This document shows positions 34,975-47,900 of a DNA stretch of 64,000 nucleotides, piece by piece (within the stretch, counting starts at the first letter, position 1; every line of letters begins with the position of its first letter). A model generated the notes under the pieces. It saw only the letters and a list, made by a program, of their open reading frames with translations, searched no databases and was not told the DNA's origin. Source of the DNA: Gekko japonicus (taxonomy: Eukaryota); contig NW_015176457.1 in assembly GCF_001447785.1 (NCBI RefSeq), forward strand, positions 544,252 to 608,251. The letters are read 5' to 3'. Made by a program: the position numbers and the translations under genes.

Positions 34975-35140
34975 GGTCAGCAGTGACAGTACTGATTGAC
35001 ATGCTGAATCAGAAGGCTTCACTCATGTTCTTCTTACCCAACTCCAATAGAGTGAGGGCAGTGTGAGGACTTAGTTTGCCTTCAGTGATATTGGCTAGAT
35101 GGTACTGCAATGTCATCCTGTTCACCGTGTGATCACACAG

Positions 35141-35848
35141 TGTCATGATTGCCCTGGCAGGGCAGGCTAGGCAAGGCACAGAGTATCCAAAAACACACGC
35201 TGAAGTCAGAGCACCAGATAGGCAGAGAAACAAAAGCATAATCCAAAATATCAGTCTAAGGTTTACCAGAGATTGGCAGTCAGAGTTGTAAAGCCGAATG
35301 TCGTTGTTCAGAGTCAGGTTACACATTCCAAGGTCAGGGAGCCAGAAGAACGATGTGACGCAGTCCAGAGACAAAAAGCCGAGGGAGTCAAGCAGAAAGT
35401 CAGGAAACAAGATCCGAGGTCCAAGGTGCAGCGATTCAGTCATTTGATCAGTTGCCAGCATGAATTGGATAGTGAAGAGAGCTGCCTTAAAAGCCAGTTC
35501 CCCTTGTCACTAATTACCGGCTGATTACAGAGTCCTGACTCCCGTCAATACTCGGGACTCAGAGGACGCTTTCCATGCATGCATGCTTCCCTACGCCGGG
35601 TTGTCAAGTCCCATCTCCTTTGGTCTTGTAAACGAGCTACAGGTGGGGGGGAATCAGGGGGCGTGGAGCTTGTGCTTGGCTCTGCAGGAGCAGCTCCAGG
35701 TGTAAAACCTTCTGGTAGCCGGTGTTCATCCTCTGCAAGACTTAGGTTTTGTACTTCCAGGGGTGCAGGGAGCTTGTTCCTGGATGTTGAAGGTGCAGAG
35801 TCCCCGGGATCAGGGTCCACTGGGTCGGGCGGCACGGCGGGCATGACA
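35141..35848 (-). mobile_element. Gypsy-type solo LTR with embedded ORF (35545-35844)
   Basis: TGTCATG...CATGACA TIRs; 5-bp TSD CACAG / CGCAG (CpG decay). Confidence 0.88.
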
Positions 35849-36256
35849 CGCAGGGAGCAAGCCCTTTCAATTTAAAACAAGCAATATTTTGGTGAGAACA
35901 ATGGCTGCAAACAGCAAGAATGCATAAAACAGTTTGAGGTATGTCTTTTTTCCATGTCTTTTTGCATAGAAATGACGTTTACACTGAAAATAAAAAAAAT
36001 TAAACAAGTTTCAGCTCTAATGTTCTTGAGTCTTTGCAGGCTTTATAATCAATTGATCCTCGATCAAGTGATGCATTTTATTGATGTAGACATTTGTATT
36101 CAGCCTTTCTGTACCTCAGGGTGTCTATTAAACATATGTGATAAAACAGCAGTAGAAACTAACAAACTATAAATAGCAAAGGTCTAAATTGTTTGAAAAG
36201 CAGTTTCTAAAGGTGTTTTTTCATTAGTAGTTCTTAGAGCCACAATTTTGTTCCTG

Positions 36257-36259
<3 letters not shown>

Positions 36260-36306
<47 letters not shown>
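36260..36306 (+). repeat. (GA)n microsatellite
   Basis: About 23 GA units. Confidence 0.98.
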
Positions 36307-36309
<3 letters not shown>

Positions 36310-36449
36310 AATTTGTAAAATGTATGAGGAGCTGTAGAGGTCTGGTGCTATCTGAATTCTTATTCCAAAATTATTCTCAAAAATGTAAAAACCCAATCCA
36401 GATTGGCTAAATGAAATATTTGGCTAAATGAAATATTGAAATTATAATT

Positions 36450-37740
36450 GTTTCTCCTGTTTGGATATGTTTCTCCTGGCTCCTTCCTCTTCTCAATTGC
36501 ATTTTCTGGGAATTATATAATAGGATTGTTTTGTCAAATTTCCCTAGCCTCTGTAATTTTACGGCTCAAAGTGAGTGTGGATTTTTCTAACAATATGTTA
36601 GATGTATAGTGTGATGATTTTCATCCACAGAAGCATTATTTCACCTGATACAGTATCTGGGATTTGGATATTTGCAGGTAATTACTGGAAAAATTACTGT
36701 GTATTCACTATAGGGAGCAGTGAATGGTATTCTATTTCTAATTTCTGCTATTGAATTGAAAGGAGAGGATGGCCATTATAATAAAGAATACTGTCTGGTG
36801 GCAGCTTTATTATGTACTGACTCCCAGTGATATCTCATCTATCCATTTTGTAGGTGATGACGTTATATGGCTTTTCTTTTTCCCAAATGAATAAGAGGGC
36901 ATTTGCTGGAACCACATTTTTGGATGTTGATTCTTCTTGTAGTGACTGAGATGTGGTCATTTTATAAACCACATATTTTATTATTTCTCAATTTTCCAAA
37001 CAAGTGTACTTTAATTCTTCCATAACATCCCTATTCAAACAGATACTCTATTTTGTTATTATGGTGTATATATATATGGTTTATTAAGTGAACATTACAA
37101 AGCTGCCTCAAAAACTGACATTTCTGTCTAAACATTTATATTGGAAGTTAAAATTTCATGTCCTGACTGGTCAGCTTCATGTAGGAAGTTTTAAAAATGT
37201 GGTTTACTTTTATCAGATAAAATACATTGGTGTCTATATTCATAATTTCCTTTTTATGTAATGATATGGATAAGGTTTTGTTCTACAAAAGCATTCACAT
37301 TACTGTTTTGTAGAACAGCAATTGATAATTCATATATGTTAATGCAATTTAACTCTCGTTACATATTTCCCCTGACCAATGTGAAAGACTGTAAGGCTTA
37401 ATTCACATACAAATATGGAAAATTATAGTCAACAGCCAACAATTGTTGTTCCAGTCACCTGAATAACACATGGAAGGTTGAAGCAAATGGGGGTCATCCT
37501 CATCATATAATTACTGGCCAGGGCATAATTGATGTCATCCCACATGATCTGAGAGTCCGTATGTTACCAGATCACAGCTCATAATCTTTCTGGAGGTTGT
37601 CTTTTTACCATCACAGTAGCAAATGCATTAGAATTCATTTGTAGGTTGTTAACATTCTTGGGAATGTCAGCTTATAAATTTCCAGGATTCTGATGTACTG
37701 CCGATGTTCTTTGATTGGAATTCTGAAGATTACATCCGTG
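36450..37740 (-). mobile_element. Very old Gypsy pol/integrase-like fossil
   Basis: Fragmentary minus-strand peptides appear in the expected order: QQLLAVDYNF (cf. YLLxVDYxS), KSHITSSP (cf. FKHITSSP), GEIMLLWMKIITL (cf. PAELLxGRKIRT). Confidence 0.35.
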
Positions 37741-40337
37741 ATCCCCCCCAAAAAAAACCCCCTTTGCCCTCATGGTTATAGTGGGTAGATGCTTTTTATT
37801 TATTTAGACAAATGTTATGCTGTCTCTCCAGGGAACTGCCTAAGGTGGCTTACAAAATAGAACATATATAATAGGAATATATTTGTAATGTATAAATGTG
37901 CTTATTTTATGTCGGGCCATCAGAATCTGAATTAACACTTTTTTTAAAATCCTGTATATTTTTGTTATGCCTAGTTCCAACTTAAAACAATAAATCAGCT
38001 CTTTTAATCATCATCTATATATTACCTGTTTCCTTTGAATAGCAGCTGACTCCGTACCATATATACTAGAATATGAACTACTATGTAAATAAATAAAAAT
38101 ACATAATTTAATAGAAACTGTAGCAAAGGCTGGCAATTAAAAACAATGTAGGATGAAAGAAACTATAAAACAATGTGAGAGAGAACACTAGAAGGAGGAA
38201 TTGTGGCATTCTGCAACTTCTGCAGATAATAAAGACAATGATTTTTAGTGCTGCTATAATTTTCAAAACCATGAATGCTCCCTATATTACTCTTGCTGCC
38301 CAATAATATGTTTGTTTACTCAGAAGTAAATCTCAGTGTATTCAGTGGAAGATATTACCAAATTACCGTGCAAACAAATATAGCTGTAGATGTCTTACAG
38401 TGCAATACAAACAGAGCAACATCCTTGAAGTCACTAGGCTTAGAAGGGTGCAAGTCTGCTTAGTATTGCAGTAATGCATGTCTGAAGAGCCATTAATAGT
38501 AGTATGAGAAATGTAATAACAATTTCTGAAAAGCAATCAGTTTTAATTATCCTCCACCAATATCTACACTCTGAATAGTTACACACCTTAATTTATTGGA
38601 TGTGCATTACCCTTGTGTGATAATTCATTTTCAGTTATATTAAAATATAAAGTTATTGTTAGCACCTAACTGATGTTTTCTAGTAGCAGAATTTAGCCAC
38701 AATCTATATATGAAAAATGATTTACTTGAAATTGTAGAATCAAAGTGTTTGCCACCACAACTTTCTGTTAAGATTTTGAAATGTAAAAGGACATGGGAAT
38801 GCATAAGATTAAACTCAGAACATTGACTTGTTGCTAAAAAGGCATCAGCTTTCATGTTGCGTAGCTCTGAAAGACCCAAACAGAAATGTTGTCTTTTTCT
38901 TGGCATTGTGGCAGTTATATCTTATGAGCATGCATTTGTGTCTGTTTCTCCTGGGAACCACAAGTAGATCCTGAAGTGGAATTTGATCTGCTTTTATGTG
39001 CTTGTCACTTATGATGTGTACAGTACAGTACTTAACTCTATCCATAAAGGAGAATATGCTAAACTTGATATTTAAAGCCTAAGACAAACTTAGTTGTAGT
39101 TTAAAGGCTTTTATACCCTTAAGAAGCGATCATTTTCCAACCTACGCCTACATAATATTCCCTCCCACACACACACTGTTCATTCCTAGTGTCCATGAAA
39201 TACAGTGCCGTAAGGAGAATTTTCTTAGAACTTTTTGGAAGGGTTATTTCTGCTTGAAATGTTTTTCCCCTTCCTTCTGAGAAGAATGCATCGCTACAAT
39301 TTTATATTCAAGCTTTTAGCAGAGTCCATCAAAGTCTGTTATTATCTCCTGATAATGCACAACCACTGACTTGCTTTATATAATGCAGGCATTGTCTGAA
39401 GAGTTATAGCATGACTGTGGGCCATTTGACTGTTGTAGCTTAAAGGAGTATTTCCTTTGTAGCAGCAACAGCATGAATTTCTTTTGCACCTGAGCCATAA
39501 GAGGACACAAAATAATTGATGTGCTAAAATAGTTCATGGACAAGATTGCTTCTGAAAAACACTTTTTTCCCATTTGAAATTACTACCTAATACCGGTGAT
39601 GTTGACATAGTAAGTGTTGGAAAGTTGTGCTGCTTTGTAATGCAGTTAAAAACTGACAAGATGTTATCTGTCTCTAAATATTCAGGATCTGATATACTGG
39701 AATTCTTCCTATCATTGATTCATGTAATAGTGAGAGCTTGATTGGTATGTCTGTGTTTTTAAAAGCAAAAATTAAACTTTGAGAAATTATATTTGGCTTG
39801 GGTAAAGGGGGCTTTTTTGGTGAAGAAACACAAATAAGAAAAAGGCTGACTGTCTTTTAAACTGTCATTTAAAATTTAAAATTTGTCACAGATGTAGGTC
39901 TGAGGTTCCTGCAGCCTTTTTTTTTAAATAATGCATCACCCTGAAACATAACAAAATGGCTAGAGAGGAAAGAAAAAGAGAAATATGAACAGTTTACATT
40001 TACAGGAAACATGCATTAACAGTAAACCAATAGTAAAACCTCAGAAAATATCAAAGACAGGAATACCAAAAGTCTTCAGAGTGAGATGTCTATTAGTGAT
40101 GTGAGGAATGTTCTAAAAGTGTGGGATACAAAAATTGCGTTTGGCATTATTTGAAGTAAATACCATTGAACTCGGTGGGACTTCAGAGAAAATATGCATA
40201 GGAGCAGGCTGCCCATTGCTCTGTCAATGTAATACAGTCAGGGAGATTTCCCCCCCCCCCCTTTGCCATGGGGATATGCACTTGCAACTGTGTTCTGGAG
40301 ATGCAACACATTTTCCTAGGTGCTTATAAGGTAAGAT

Positions 40338-40984
40338 TAGAAGTGTGAAAAAAACCTGGTATTATAGTGAACCTGAAAAATATTGGTATTTCCTAATATT
40401 CCCGAATCCCAATACCAGTATGATATTCAGATTCGGTAAATATTTGGGAAACCTGATTTTTTTTTTACTCCATTATATAGTCAAGATAGTATAATGGAGA
40501 ATCGATCTGGGGGTATCTGGGGCAGCTGTTTTTTTTTTTAGGTAGAGGCACCAAATTTACAGCATAGCTGCTGGTGCCTTCCCCCCCCCAAAAAAAAACA
40601 CCCCAAGTTTTGAACAGATGGAATCAGGGGGTCCAATTCTGTGGCCCCCAAAGAAGGTGCCCCCATCCTCCATTGTTTTCAATGGAGGGGGAAGGGCGTT
40701 TAAAAGGATCACGGCCCCTTTAAATGCCTTCGCCAAGCTGCAACTCCATGAGTGAACTCCAAAGGTGTTTAAAGGGACTGCAGTACCTTTAAATGCTCTT
40801 TAACTGGATTCGGATGACTCCCCCAAAAATCCTGAATATTTTCAGGATTTTGGGGGCTTTACCATTTCAGATAACCAAACTAAGGCTCCAATCAATAACC
40901 GACTTTAAAAATACCCCCCAAAAAACACGTAAGGTATTTTTCTGGTATTTTTTCATCTTGGTTTATGTCGCATGCAAACCCCTA
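40338..40984. mobile_element. Non-autonomous hAT-like element (TAGGGGTxTGCA-type ends)
   Basis: Ends TAGAAGTGTGAA / TGCAAACCCCTA; 8-bp TSD GGTAAGAT / GATAAGAT. Related pieces lie at 28780-29160, 32700-32860 and 55820-56430. Confidence 0.75.
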
Positions 40985-41097
40985 GATAAGATATATACAG
41001 ATGCATAGCCCTGAATAGCAAAGGTTTGTTAAAAGAATATATTCTGTGGCAAGCATTTAGGGTGACTTTTTTTATAAAACGGTATTCACAACAAAAA

Positions 41098-41232
41098 GTG
41101 ATTCCAGAAAGGTGGCCATGTTAGTCTGTCGTAGCAAAAAAAGTTTTTCAGATATAACTTTGCATATGAAGAGGTGGGCTGTAGTTCACAAAACGTATGC
41201 TGGAATAAAATGTTTTTAATCTTCAGAGTGCT
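41098..41232 (+). mobile_element. Penelope-like pLTR remnant with decayed hammerhead
   Basis: GGTGGCCATGTTAGTCTG...TGAAGAGGTGGGCTGTAGTTCACAAAACGTATGCTGGAATAAAA...TCTTCAGAGTGCTA. Confidence 0.6.
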
Positions 41233-41349
41233 AATGTTATGTCAAAATACATGGCTTAGATTTTGTGGTTACAGAAGCAGATTGTATCTTCCTGCATCAG
41301 CTCCTTGTCACCAGTGTTCCCTCTAAACTGTGTGCATGAGCAGCCACTC

Positions 41350-41900
41350 ATTAACACACAAAGCCCTGCTCAGCAGCAATCTGGAGCCATACAGGGTCTT
41401 GCACTGGCCATTGCCCATTTTAAGATTACAGTAGTTCCCAGGCCTGAGAGAGATCTGGCTGTCCTCAACCAAGGCCAGTCCTTTTTCGGTCCTGGCCCCT
41501 ACCTGGTGGAACTCTCTGCCGGAGAACATCCATGCCCTGTGGGATTTGTTACTTTTCCACAGGGCATGCAAGGCAGAGATGTTCCGCCAGGCATTCAGTT
41601 GAGGACAGTGATGATATGGCATGTAGTCTGGCACTCTCATACCCTGCAGTCTCTGCAAGGCTCCCCCAGGGGTCCAGGAAAATATGACATCCAAAATTCT
41701 TACCATCTTGGAATGATTCAACCACCATCTTGGAATGATTTAATCATATTATTGGTGTAGTATATATTGTGCATTTATTGTTGGTTTTTAACTTTTAATT
41801 ATTTATTGTATACCTTTTCTGCTGTTAGCCACCATGAGCCCTGCTTGCAGAGAAGGGCAGCCTAAAAATCTAATTTAATAAATAATAAATAATAAATACA
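41350..41900 (+). mobile_element. L2 LINE 3' end
   Basis: CCAAGGCCAGTCCTTTTTCGGTCCTGGCCCCTACCTGGTGGAACTCTCTGCC (AFSVLAPTWWNSLP-like); tail GAGCCCTGCTTGCAGAGAAGGGCAG...(AAAT)n. Confidence 0.75.
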
Positions 41901-43243
41901 GGATGTGAACTGTTCTGCTCAGTGGGGGGTGGAAATCAGAGGGAATGTTGCTTGTCACCTCTGAAAAGGTAATATTGGCAGTCTGGTGACCCTTGTGGAC
42001 AATTGCGGGGGATGGAACGATAGAAAATTGGTATAAATAATCCCTCTACCCATCTTTCAGCAGTGGAAATCATTTGAAGGCATCTTTACTTTTTTATTAA
42101 GAGTCTGTGTTGACCATTTTATTTTGGTGTGATCAAGGAAATTAGATCATTAAATATAATTCACAGCACAATCCAAAAGAGATTTACACCATCCTGTTGA
42201 CTCCAATGGATTTGGACGGGTGTAACTCAGTTTAGGATGGCAATGTTAGATGGGCATAATGCTGTTTAGGATTGCACCATCAGTCACAGAACAGTCTATT
42301 TTTGTTTGTTTGTATGTGATGACCTGCATGAAGATAAAGAACAATGCTGGCTCTTTGTGCCAAGTTAGCCTAATACTGATCCCCCCCCAATTATCTTTAG
42401 TAATAGTTGTCTTGTAGAATCTCTTTACCTTATATCCCTTTACACACTAAAGGATGTGGTAGAGATAACTGAATATTTGACGTAAACATCTGGGTATTCT
42501 GTTTAATAACTGAGTATTATAATTTGGGTACCAGAGCACCTGAGTAATACATAATATTTACTTGGAATGAGTTGGGGTTTTTAAAACAAAAATGGGGGGG
42601 GGACTTTCTTCCTCACAACAGAAAAAATGCTTGACATGTTTTAAAAAGCTATTTAGAAAGGTTTAATGTTAATAGAGAGGGGAGAGATCCAAGTCTCTGA
42701 ACACTTTTTTATTTAATTAATGTATTAATAAAATGTAGACATCATTTCAACTATATAGTGCTTCAAAATGATGTATAATGTGAAAAGCTAGCAAGAAAAA
42801 CAAACACACAGCTAAAATATAGCATGTAAAATATTTTAGCATGATCAGCAATATTGAGAAAAAGCATTTTTCTAGTAAAACTATTTTATCTTGCCAGAGA
42901 CATTATAAAATTAAAAAGCCAATGGAGAAAATACTATGAAATAGGGGCTATAGCAGAAAAGGTGCTGCTTTGCATTATTTGGTCAGGCTACAGTAAACCC
43001 GAATGCAGAGCAAAGTGGGCCAGACATTGAGTCCCCTGTTCCCCACCTCTGCTTCATAGGCCAGCGAGTGTGTGTGTGTGGGGGGGGTCATCAGTATCAT
43101 GCTGATAAATTACATCATTTTCTCTCTCTTTTTTTTAAGTCCCCGGAGGGATATTTTTTTATGTTGCAAAACTACAAAAACTACAAAGAAATATTAAGAA
43201 AGGGACTACAACTAAGGAGAAAGGAAAGCAAACCACACTAAAC

Positions 43244-43789
43244 NNNNNNNNNNNNNNNNNNNNNNNNNNNNNNNNNNNNNNNNNNNNNNNNNNNNNNNNN
43301 NNNNNNNNNNNNNNNNNNNNNNNNNNNNNNNNNNNNNNNNNNNNNNNNNNNNNNNNNNNNNNNNNNNNNNNNNNNNNNNNNNNNNNNNNNNNNNNNNNNN
43401 NNNNNNNNNNNNNNNNNNNNNNNNNNNNNNNNNNNNNNNNNNNNNNNNNNNNNNNNNNNNNNNNNNNNNNNNNNNNNNNNNNNNNNNNNNNNNNNNNNNN
43501 NNNNNNNNNNNNNNNNNNNNNNNNNNNNNNNNNNNNNNNNNNNNNNNNNNNNNNNNNNNNNNNNNNNNNNNNNNNNNNNNNNNNNNNNNNNNNNNNNNNN
43601 NNNNNNNNNNNNNNNNNNNNNNNNNNNNNNNNNNNNNNNNNNNNNNNNNNNNNNNNNNNNNNNNNNNNNNNNNNNNNNNNNNNNNNNNNNNNNNNNNNNN
43701 NNNNNNNNNNNNNNNNNNNNNNNNNNNNNNNNNNNNNNNNNNNNNNNNNNNNNNNNNNNNNNNNNNNNNNNNNNNNNNNNNNNNNNNNN
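43244..43789. other. Assembly gap (546 N)
   Basis: Run of N. Confidence 1.
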
Positions 43790-44189
43790 GATAATTTCAC
43801 TAAGCACCTTCTTCAAGTCTTCTCAATCTGTTTCAGGAACCCCCTGAAACCTGAGAACCATGTTAGCTTTTTCCATCTGTAGCTGTAAGACTTGGTTCTT
43901 TTGGCAATTCTTCTTCGTTTCCACCTCTCCCATCCTTTTATTCAACTTCTTGCTTGTGGTGTCTATCTCTTTAATTTTCTCGTTTGCCTGCTCCACTTTT
44001 TTCTCTGTTTCATTCAGCTAGAACTGCTGTGTTTTTATTCATCACAGTCAATTGCTGGTTAATACCATCGAGTTGTTCCATCACCGGCTTAAGCATATCC
44101 GCCAGGAGTTTGAGGACATCTGCTCCCTCTTCCGGTCTCAGACTCTGACTGCCCGGCTTCGTTTTAAACTTTCTCTGCTGGTCCGCCAT
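43790..44189 (-). pseudogene. L1 ORF1 N-terminal part (coiled coil to start of RRM)
   Basis: MADQQRKFK...MEQLDGINQQLTVMNKNTAVLAE*NREKVEQANEKIKEI...LQMEKANMVLRFQGVPETD*EDLKKVLSEII. LRFQGVPE matches the L1 ORF1 NLRxxGVPE motif. Two in-frame stops. Confidence 0.85.
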
Positions 44190-44911
44190 CTTTCCCGTTT
44201 TGTTTACAGTTTCTACCACTCCCACATAACTTGGAAAACTCGCCAAACAACTTTGCAATTCAGATAAGTCTCTCAAAACATTTTCGGTTTACTTCCTCCC
44301 CTGTCCCCCTTCTTGTCTGTTAACCACTCATTCGCAAAAGAGGCGTCCCTCTTTGCAATCTCTATTTCCGATCGCGGGGGGGGGGGATCGCTTTTCAAAC
44401 TACTCAGTTTTATTTAGAACTCACGTTCATTGTCGGCCAGTTTATCTGACCATGCTCGGTTTTACGCCATTCCGCTCGATCTCCGGCGCTTGTCCCAGTC
44501 AATCCAGCTTGTGCTCGAAGGCCACTCAGCGACTGGACCGTCGGGGTGGAGGAGAGCCTCAATTCTCCGGCATTACGCCATCAAAGAGGCTACCCCTCAA
44601 AAGCCCCCTGGCCTGGAGCCTATCACAAAGGCTCCACGGGGGTGTCACTTGAGGTGGCACCCCTCCAGGCCGCTGGTGTGCGATTTGCCCTCCTCCGTTG
44701 TGAGGAGAGCGTCCGCCATCGCTGTTCCGTCGACCGGAAGTCAATTACATCATTTTCTCCAGAAAACCAGGACTGACATAATCTAGCCAGAGTTCCATTC
44801 AAAGTGCATTTTTGCTTTGGAATTGATGTTGCATGTTGGCACAAAACCAATGAGCCTGTCCCTGTCCCCGTATCTCCAGTACATGTTTAAAAATGTGGAG
44901 CAATTTGTAAC

Positions 44912-44980
44912 ATTCAGAATTCTATCCCATTCAGAATTCTATCCCATGTAATATTCAGAATTCTATCCCATTCTATCCCA
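44912..44980 (+). repeat. Short tandem repeat of ATTCAGAATTCTATCCC
   Basis: Three full copies and one partial copy. Confidence 0.9.
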
Positions 44981-47900
44981 GGTTCTAGAGCAGTTCTAGA
45001 CCAGGTTTTACTTACTGCTCTGGATAAATTCAATCTAGGAAAGCTGTTATGAAGGAATTTTCTTTGCTTCATATTGTTGGCTTTGAATAAACTTAACATT
45101 TACCTAAGAAGGTATTCCTGAATAAAAGCATGTTACAGAACATATAAAGTAATTTGCTTTAAAGCTTTATGCAGGATTCAGGGAATTAAGAGCTTCAAAA
45201 GCATAATGAACCTACTTGAATTGTGCCTGATGCAAGTAGGATATTACTGCAGTTGTATTAAGTAGTGATGCCAGTAAAATTATTAATTACTTGGCTTAGA
45301 ATATGAACTTTAGTAGCTTATTTATTTATTTTTATCAAATTTATACTCTGCCCTCCCAGGCGAAGCCATTTTTCTTTAATATGAAAAAAATAGTATAGTA
45401 ATCTAGATGAGAAATTATCTGTGTGCAAAAAAGCGTTGCAAAATCCTGATGGGGAAGAGATGCTGCAACTAGTTTACCTAACAAAATTGGTGCATACCAG
45501 ATGTTTTTGGAGGAGTGTCAGAATGGGTACAAGCCCAAACTTGCAGGTACAGGCCAGCATACACTGAATTGTCCAGTCTACAACACATTCATTTAAAGGT
45601 GTTCATTTAAAGAAATGACTGCTGAATCTGATGTAAATGAAAGATTCATTTAAGGCATCATCTCACATCAAAATTCAGGAATCTGCGTCTAATAGAACAG
45701 AGTAGCAGTCAGTCAACCCTACCTTCTGCCACTCAGTGGCAGGTAAGAGTGGGCCCACTGAAAAATACCCCCAACTACTGAAATTGGCCTTAAAGGACTG
45801 TGTCAAAAAGGATTGGTGGGATCTGGTCTGTGCCCCAGGGTGATATAGGCTTGGAATATCAGTTTCACTTAAGAACTCATGAAGATGCTTTGCCATTAGA
45901 CTTTTTTTACTCAAATACGGCAGCTTTCAAATTGTTCTGATATTGCTAAAATCAGGTGGATCAAAAGAAAATGCTGGAATAATTAGATGCACTGGAGCTT
46001 ATTAAACCAAGAACAACAATAGACAAGGTAGGCTGAACATGCTGCTGAGGAGTTTGTCCACTTCTTCAGGTTAATTGAAAATTTCCCCACAAAGCTGGAT
46101 ACTTTCACAAAGGACCATGTATAAACAGTGGAATCCAGGAGGGCATGGAAGGAAGTGATTAAATTGGAACCGTTAAGGTCACTTTACCCAGACCTCTCTA
46201 TCTGAATCAATCTGATGCAGAGAGCTTGCAGGTAGTGTTATTTATCCCTGGCCTTCAATGTATCATCAGCACATCTTGGCGTTCCGTGTAACTTTCCCTC
46301 ATTGAAGTCAATGAGACTTAGAAATGTTAATATTTGGCTGGATCAAGCACAGTGTTATTTATTTATGACATTTATCTCCCGCCTTTTTTTTCCTTTCAAA
46401 AATTTTCAAGCAGCTACAGACCATGAATTTTTCCTTTTCCTGATGTGTCCTGTTCTTAACCTCATCTCCCCCCGCCCCCCCGGTACCATTTAAGCCTCTG
46501 TTTCCATCTGTACTGGAACTGTCACTGCCAGCCATTTCCAAGCACATCTAAAGTCACAAAAAACAAGTTCATACACATGTGCACACAATAAGCCCATCAC
46601 CAATACTATTGATCCAGTCTAAAGGATCAGCCATATTTATATGGATAAATTACAGTTGTATAGATTACCTGTAGCCAGACAATTACAGGAAGAACTCATA
46701 AGTTAAAATGGTATGAAGTTCTGTAAGTCAGTGCCCACTTAATCAGATGCATAAACCTAGGAAAACACATATTGATGATCACTGGAGATTGAGGTTGGCT
46801 CTTTTTTACAACAAGGCCTTGTGCATACTAGGATTGAAAGAAGCCAAAATAGTATCAGTTGGAGATTGATACTGGAAACCTTACTTATCCGAACTCATGA
46901 ACTCATTGTTGCTTTCTTCAGCTCGGCTAAAGTAGTAGTAACCATTGTTCAGCAAAATGGGGGCAGGGCTATGATGCTCTCTTTTCCATTAAAATCGTAT
47001 GAGGATTACTTACTTAACAATAGAAAACCCCAAAGTGAATCAAGCTGAGGCCATCAGTGATCAGTCCGTTTCTCAAAGGATTGTAGTTAGAGACAGTTAT
47101 TGTATGGTTTCTGTTTCTCTTGCACATCATTTAAGGTTGATCCTATGAGCCAACATGCCACTCCAGCAGCCATTGGCAAGCAGTGTTATTTGCACATTAG
47201 TAAAAACAAAAGCCTCATGACAGTTCTGTGAGGCGGATTATTACTGCATTATTTTTTAGATAACTAAGCTATTCTGGGAGTCTGCTGTAAACTGAGGCCA
47301 CCTGCTGAGACTTGAGGAAAATTAAGCAAGATAAAAATATAAAATATAAATATATATTAATATAATATATAAAAATGTCTAAATACCTTTTTATTTCTGT
47401 TATGTTGTTACTTTCTGTGTTAAAACCTTTTCATACAGCCCCCCAAACACAGTCTTTATTGAAATAAACATAGGATTTAGAAATAGATAATGGAGCTGCA
47501 TTTTTCTGCTGTTCAAGCTTTCCAAGTCTAATATATTTAATTTATTTTGCTTTCACATTTTTCCTGTTCATCAAGTATGTTGTGTGATAGCAAAAGTTTT
47601 AACATGTGACCCATGACCCATAGGTTATTTTACATTGGTACAGGCTACGTGTGTGTTGCTGCATTCTTGGATTATCCCACTTCCATGGTATATACTCATG
47701 TTCATCATTGCCATCAATGTTAGGGGTTGTGAGAAAGATTTTATTTATTCCACTTATACCCCACCTTCCTCCCCAATGTGGATCTAAAGTTACATCGTTT
47801 TCCCTTCCTCCATTTTATTCTCACAAGAATACTGTGAGGTAGATTAGCTGAAGGTCAACTCAACCAGGTTCTGTGGCAGAGTGGGTATCCAAACCTGGGT

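Larger units (their letters stand above)
43125..44742 (-). mobile_element. L1 LINE with intact 5' end, spanning an assembly gap
   Basis: 5' GACTTCCGGT start, CpG-rich 5' UTR, ORF1 and an A-rich 3' end. A perfect 17-bp TSD AATTACATCATTTTCTC lies at 43108-43124 and 44743-44759. Confidence 0.9.

Noticed and set aside
37080-37200. Helitron helicase motif (GQLHVG) on the plus strand
   Set aside because: A single weak motif without the neighbouring helicase motifs; the minus-strand integrase-like reading has more support.
43159-43816. Long ORFs of 213 and 192 aa
   Set aside because: Artefacts of translating the N gap.
45675-46290. Old L1 ORF2 remnant (GTDQIPPILFDTVL, cf. GTRQGCPLSPLLF)
   Set aside because: One degenerate motif only; insufficient to call.
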